Position numbers and translations under genes: made by a program. From positions 55,738,001 through 55,802,000 of the forward strand of contig NC_092349.1 of NCBI RefSeq assembly GCF_963676685.1: a stretch of 64,000 bases of DNA, in the 5' to 3' direction. This document shows positions 63,765 to 64,000 of this stretch, piece by piece. Below the pieces are notes generated by a model. It was not told the origin of the DNA, searched no databases, and saw only the letters and a list, made by a program, of their open reading frames with translations. The stretch is from Mytilus edulis. Lineage: Eukaryota. The stretch's first letter is position 1, and each line of letters begins with the position of its first letter.

Positions 63765-64000
63765 AATTTGTTTGCCCCACCTAGGACCATTAAGTTTATC
63801 GGTCTTTGTGGACGTTTGTCTGTCCGTTCGTCCGTTCATCCGTCTATCTCGATTGAATTTAAAGTTCTTGGTCAAGTTAGTTTGTTTATGAAGTTGAAGA
63901 CTAATTAACTTAAACATAGTACACATTTTCCCGATAACACAATCTTTCTAATTCTAAAGATGAATTAGAATTTTGACCCTAAATTCAAGCTTCACTGAGG
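63765..64000 (+). mobile_element. 5' end of a HINE-like element (runs off the window)
   Basis: T-rich start, gccccacct, (gtcc/gtct)n microsatellite at ~63815-63845. Confidence 0.55.

Overview
AT-rich, intron- and repeat-rich animal genomic DNA; the dispersed repeat families look like those of a bivalve mollusc (Mytilus-like; inference). No prokaryotic features. Three gene loci, all on +. (1) An intact GH2 beta-glucuronidase (GUSB)-like gene: 11 coding exons at 4968-20084, 563 aa visible, first exon not found and probably upstream of the window. It has one GC-AG intron, both catalytic glutamates are kept, but the uronic-acid-recognition residues are replaced (D->G, R->W, NxK->CxK). (2) A 5-exon gene at 32835-41733, only fragmentarily visible in the ORF track, encoding a 287-aa signal-peptide, 14-Cys, probably GPI-anchored protein. 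(3) A frameshifted dynein light chain LC8-family gene/pseudogene at 62069-63660. The rest is a mosaic of mobile DNA: Helentron-associated (HINE-like) elements, TTAA-flanked Kolobok-like and other MITEs, tRNA-derived SINEs, Penelope-like, CR1/L2-like and other non-LTR remnants, AcademX-like remnants, hammerhead-ribozyme-like repeats, and several sequence-unrelated elements sharing a 'terminal long palindrome + distant short inverted copy' architecture. All exon chains and alignments were read by eye.
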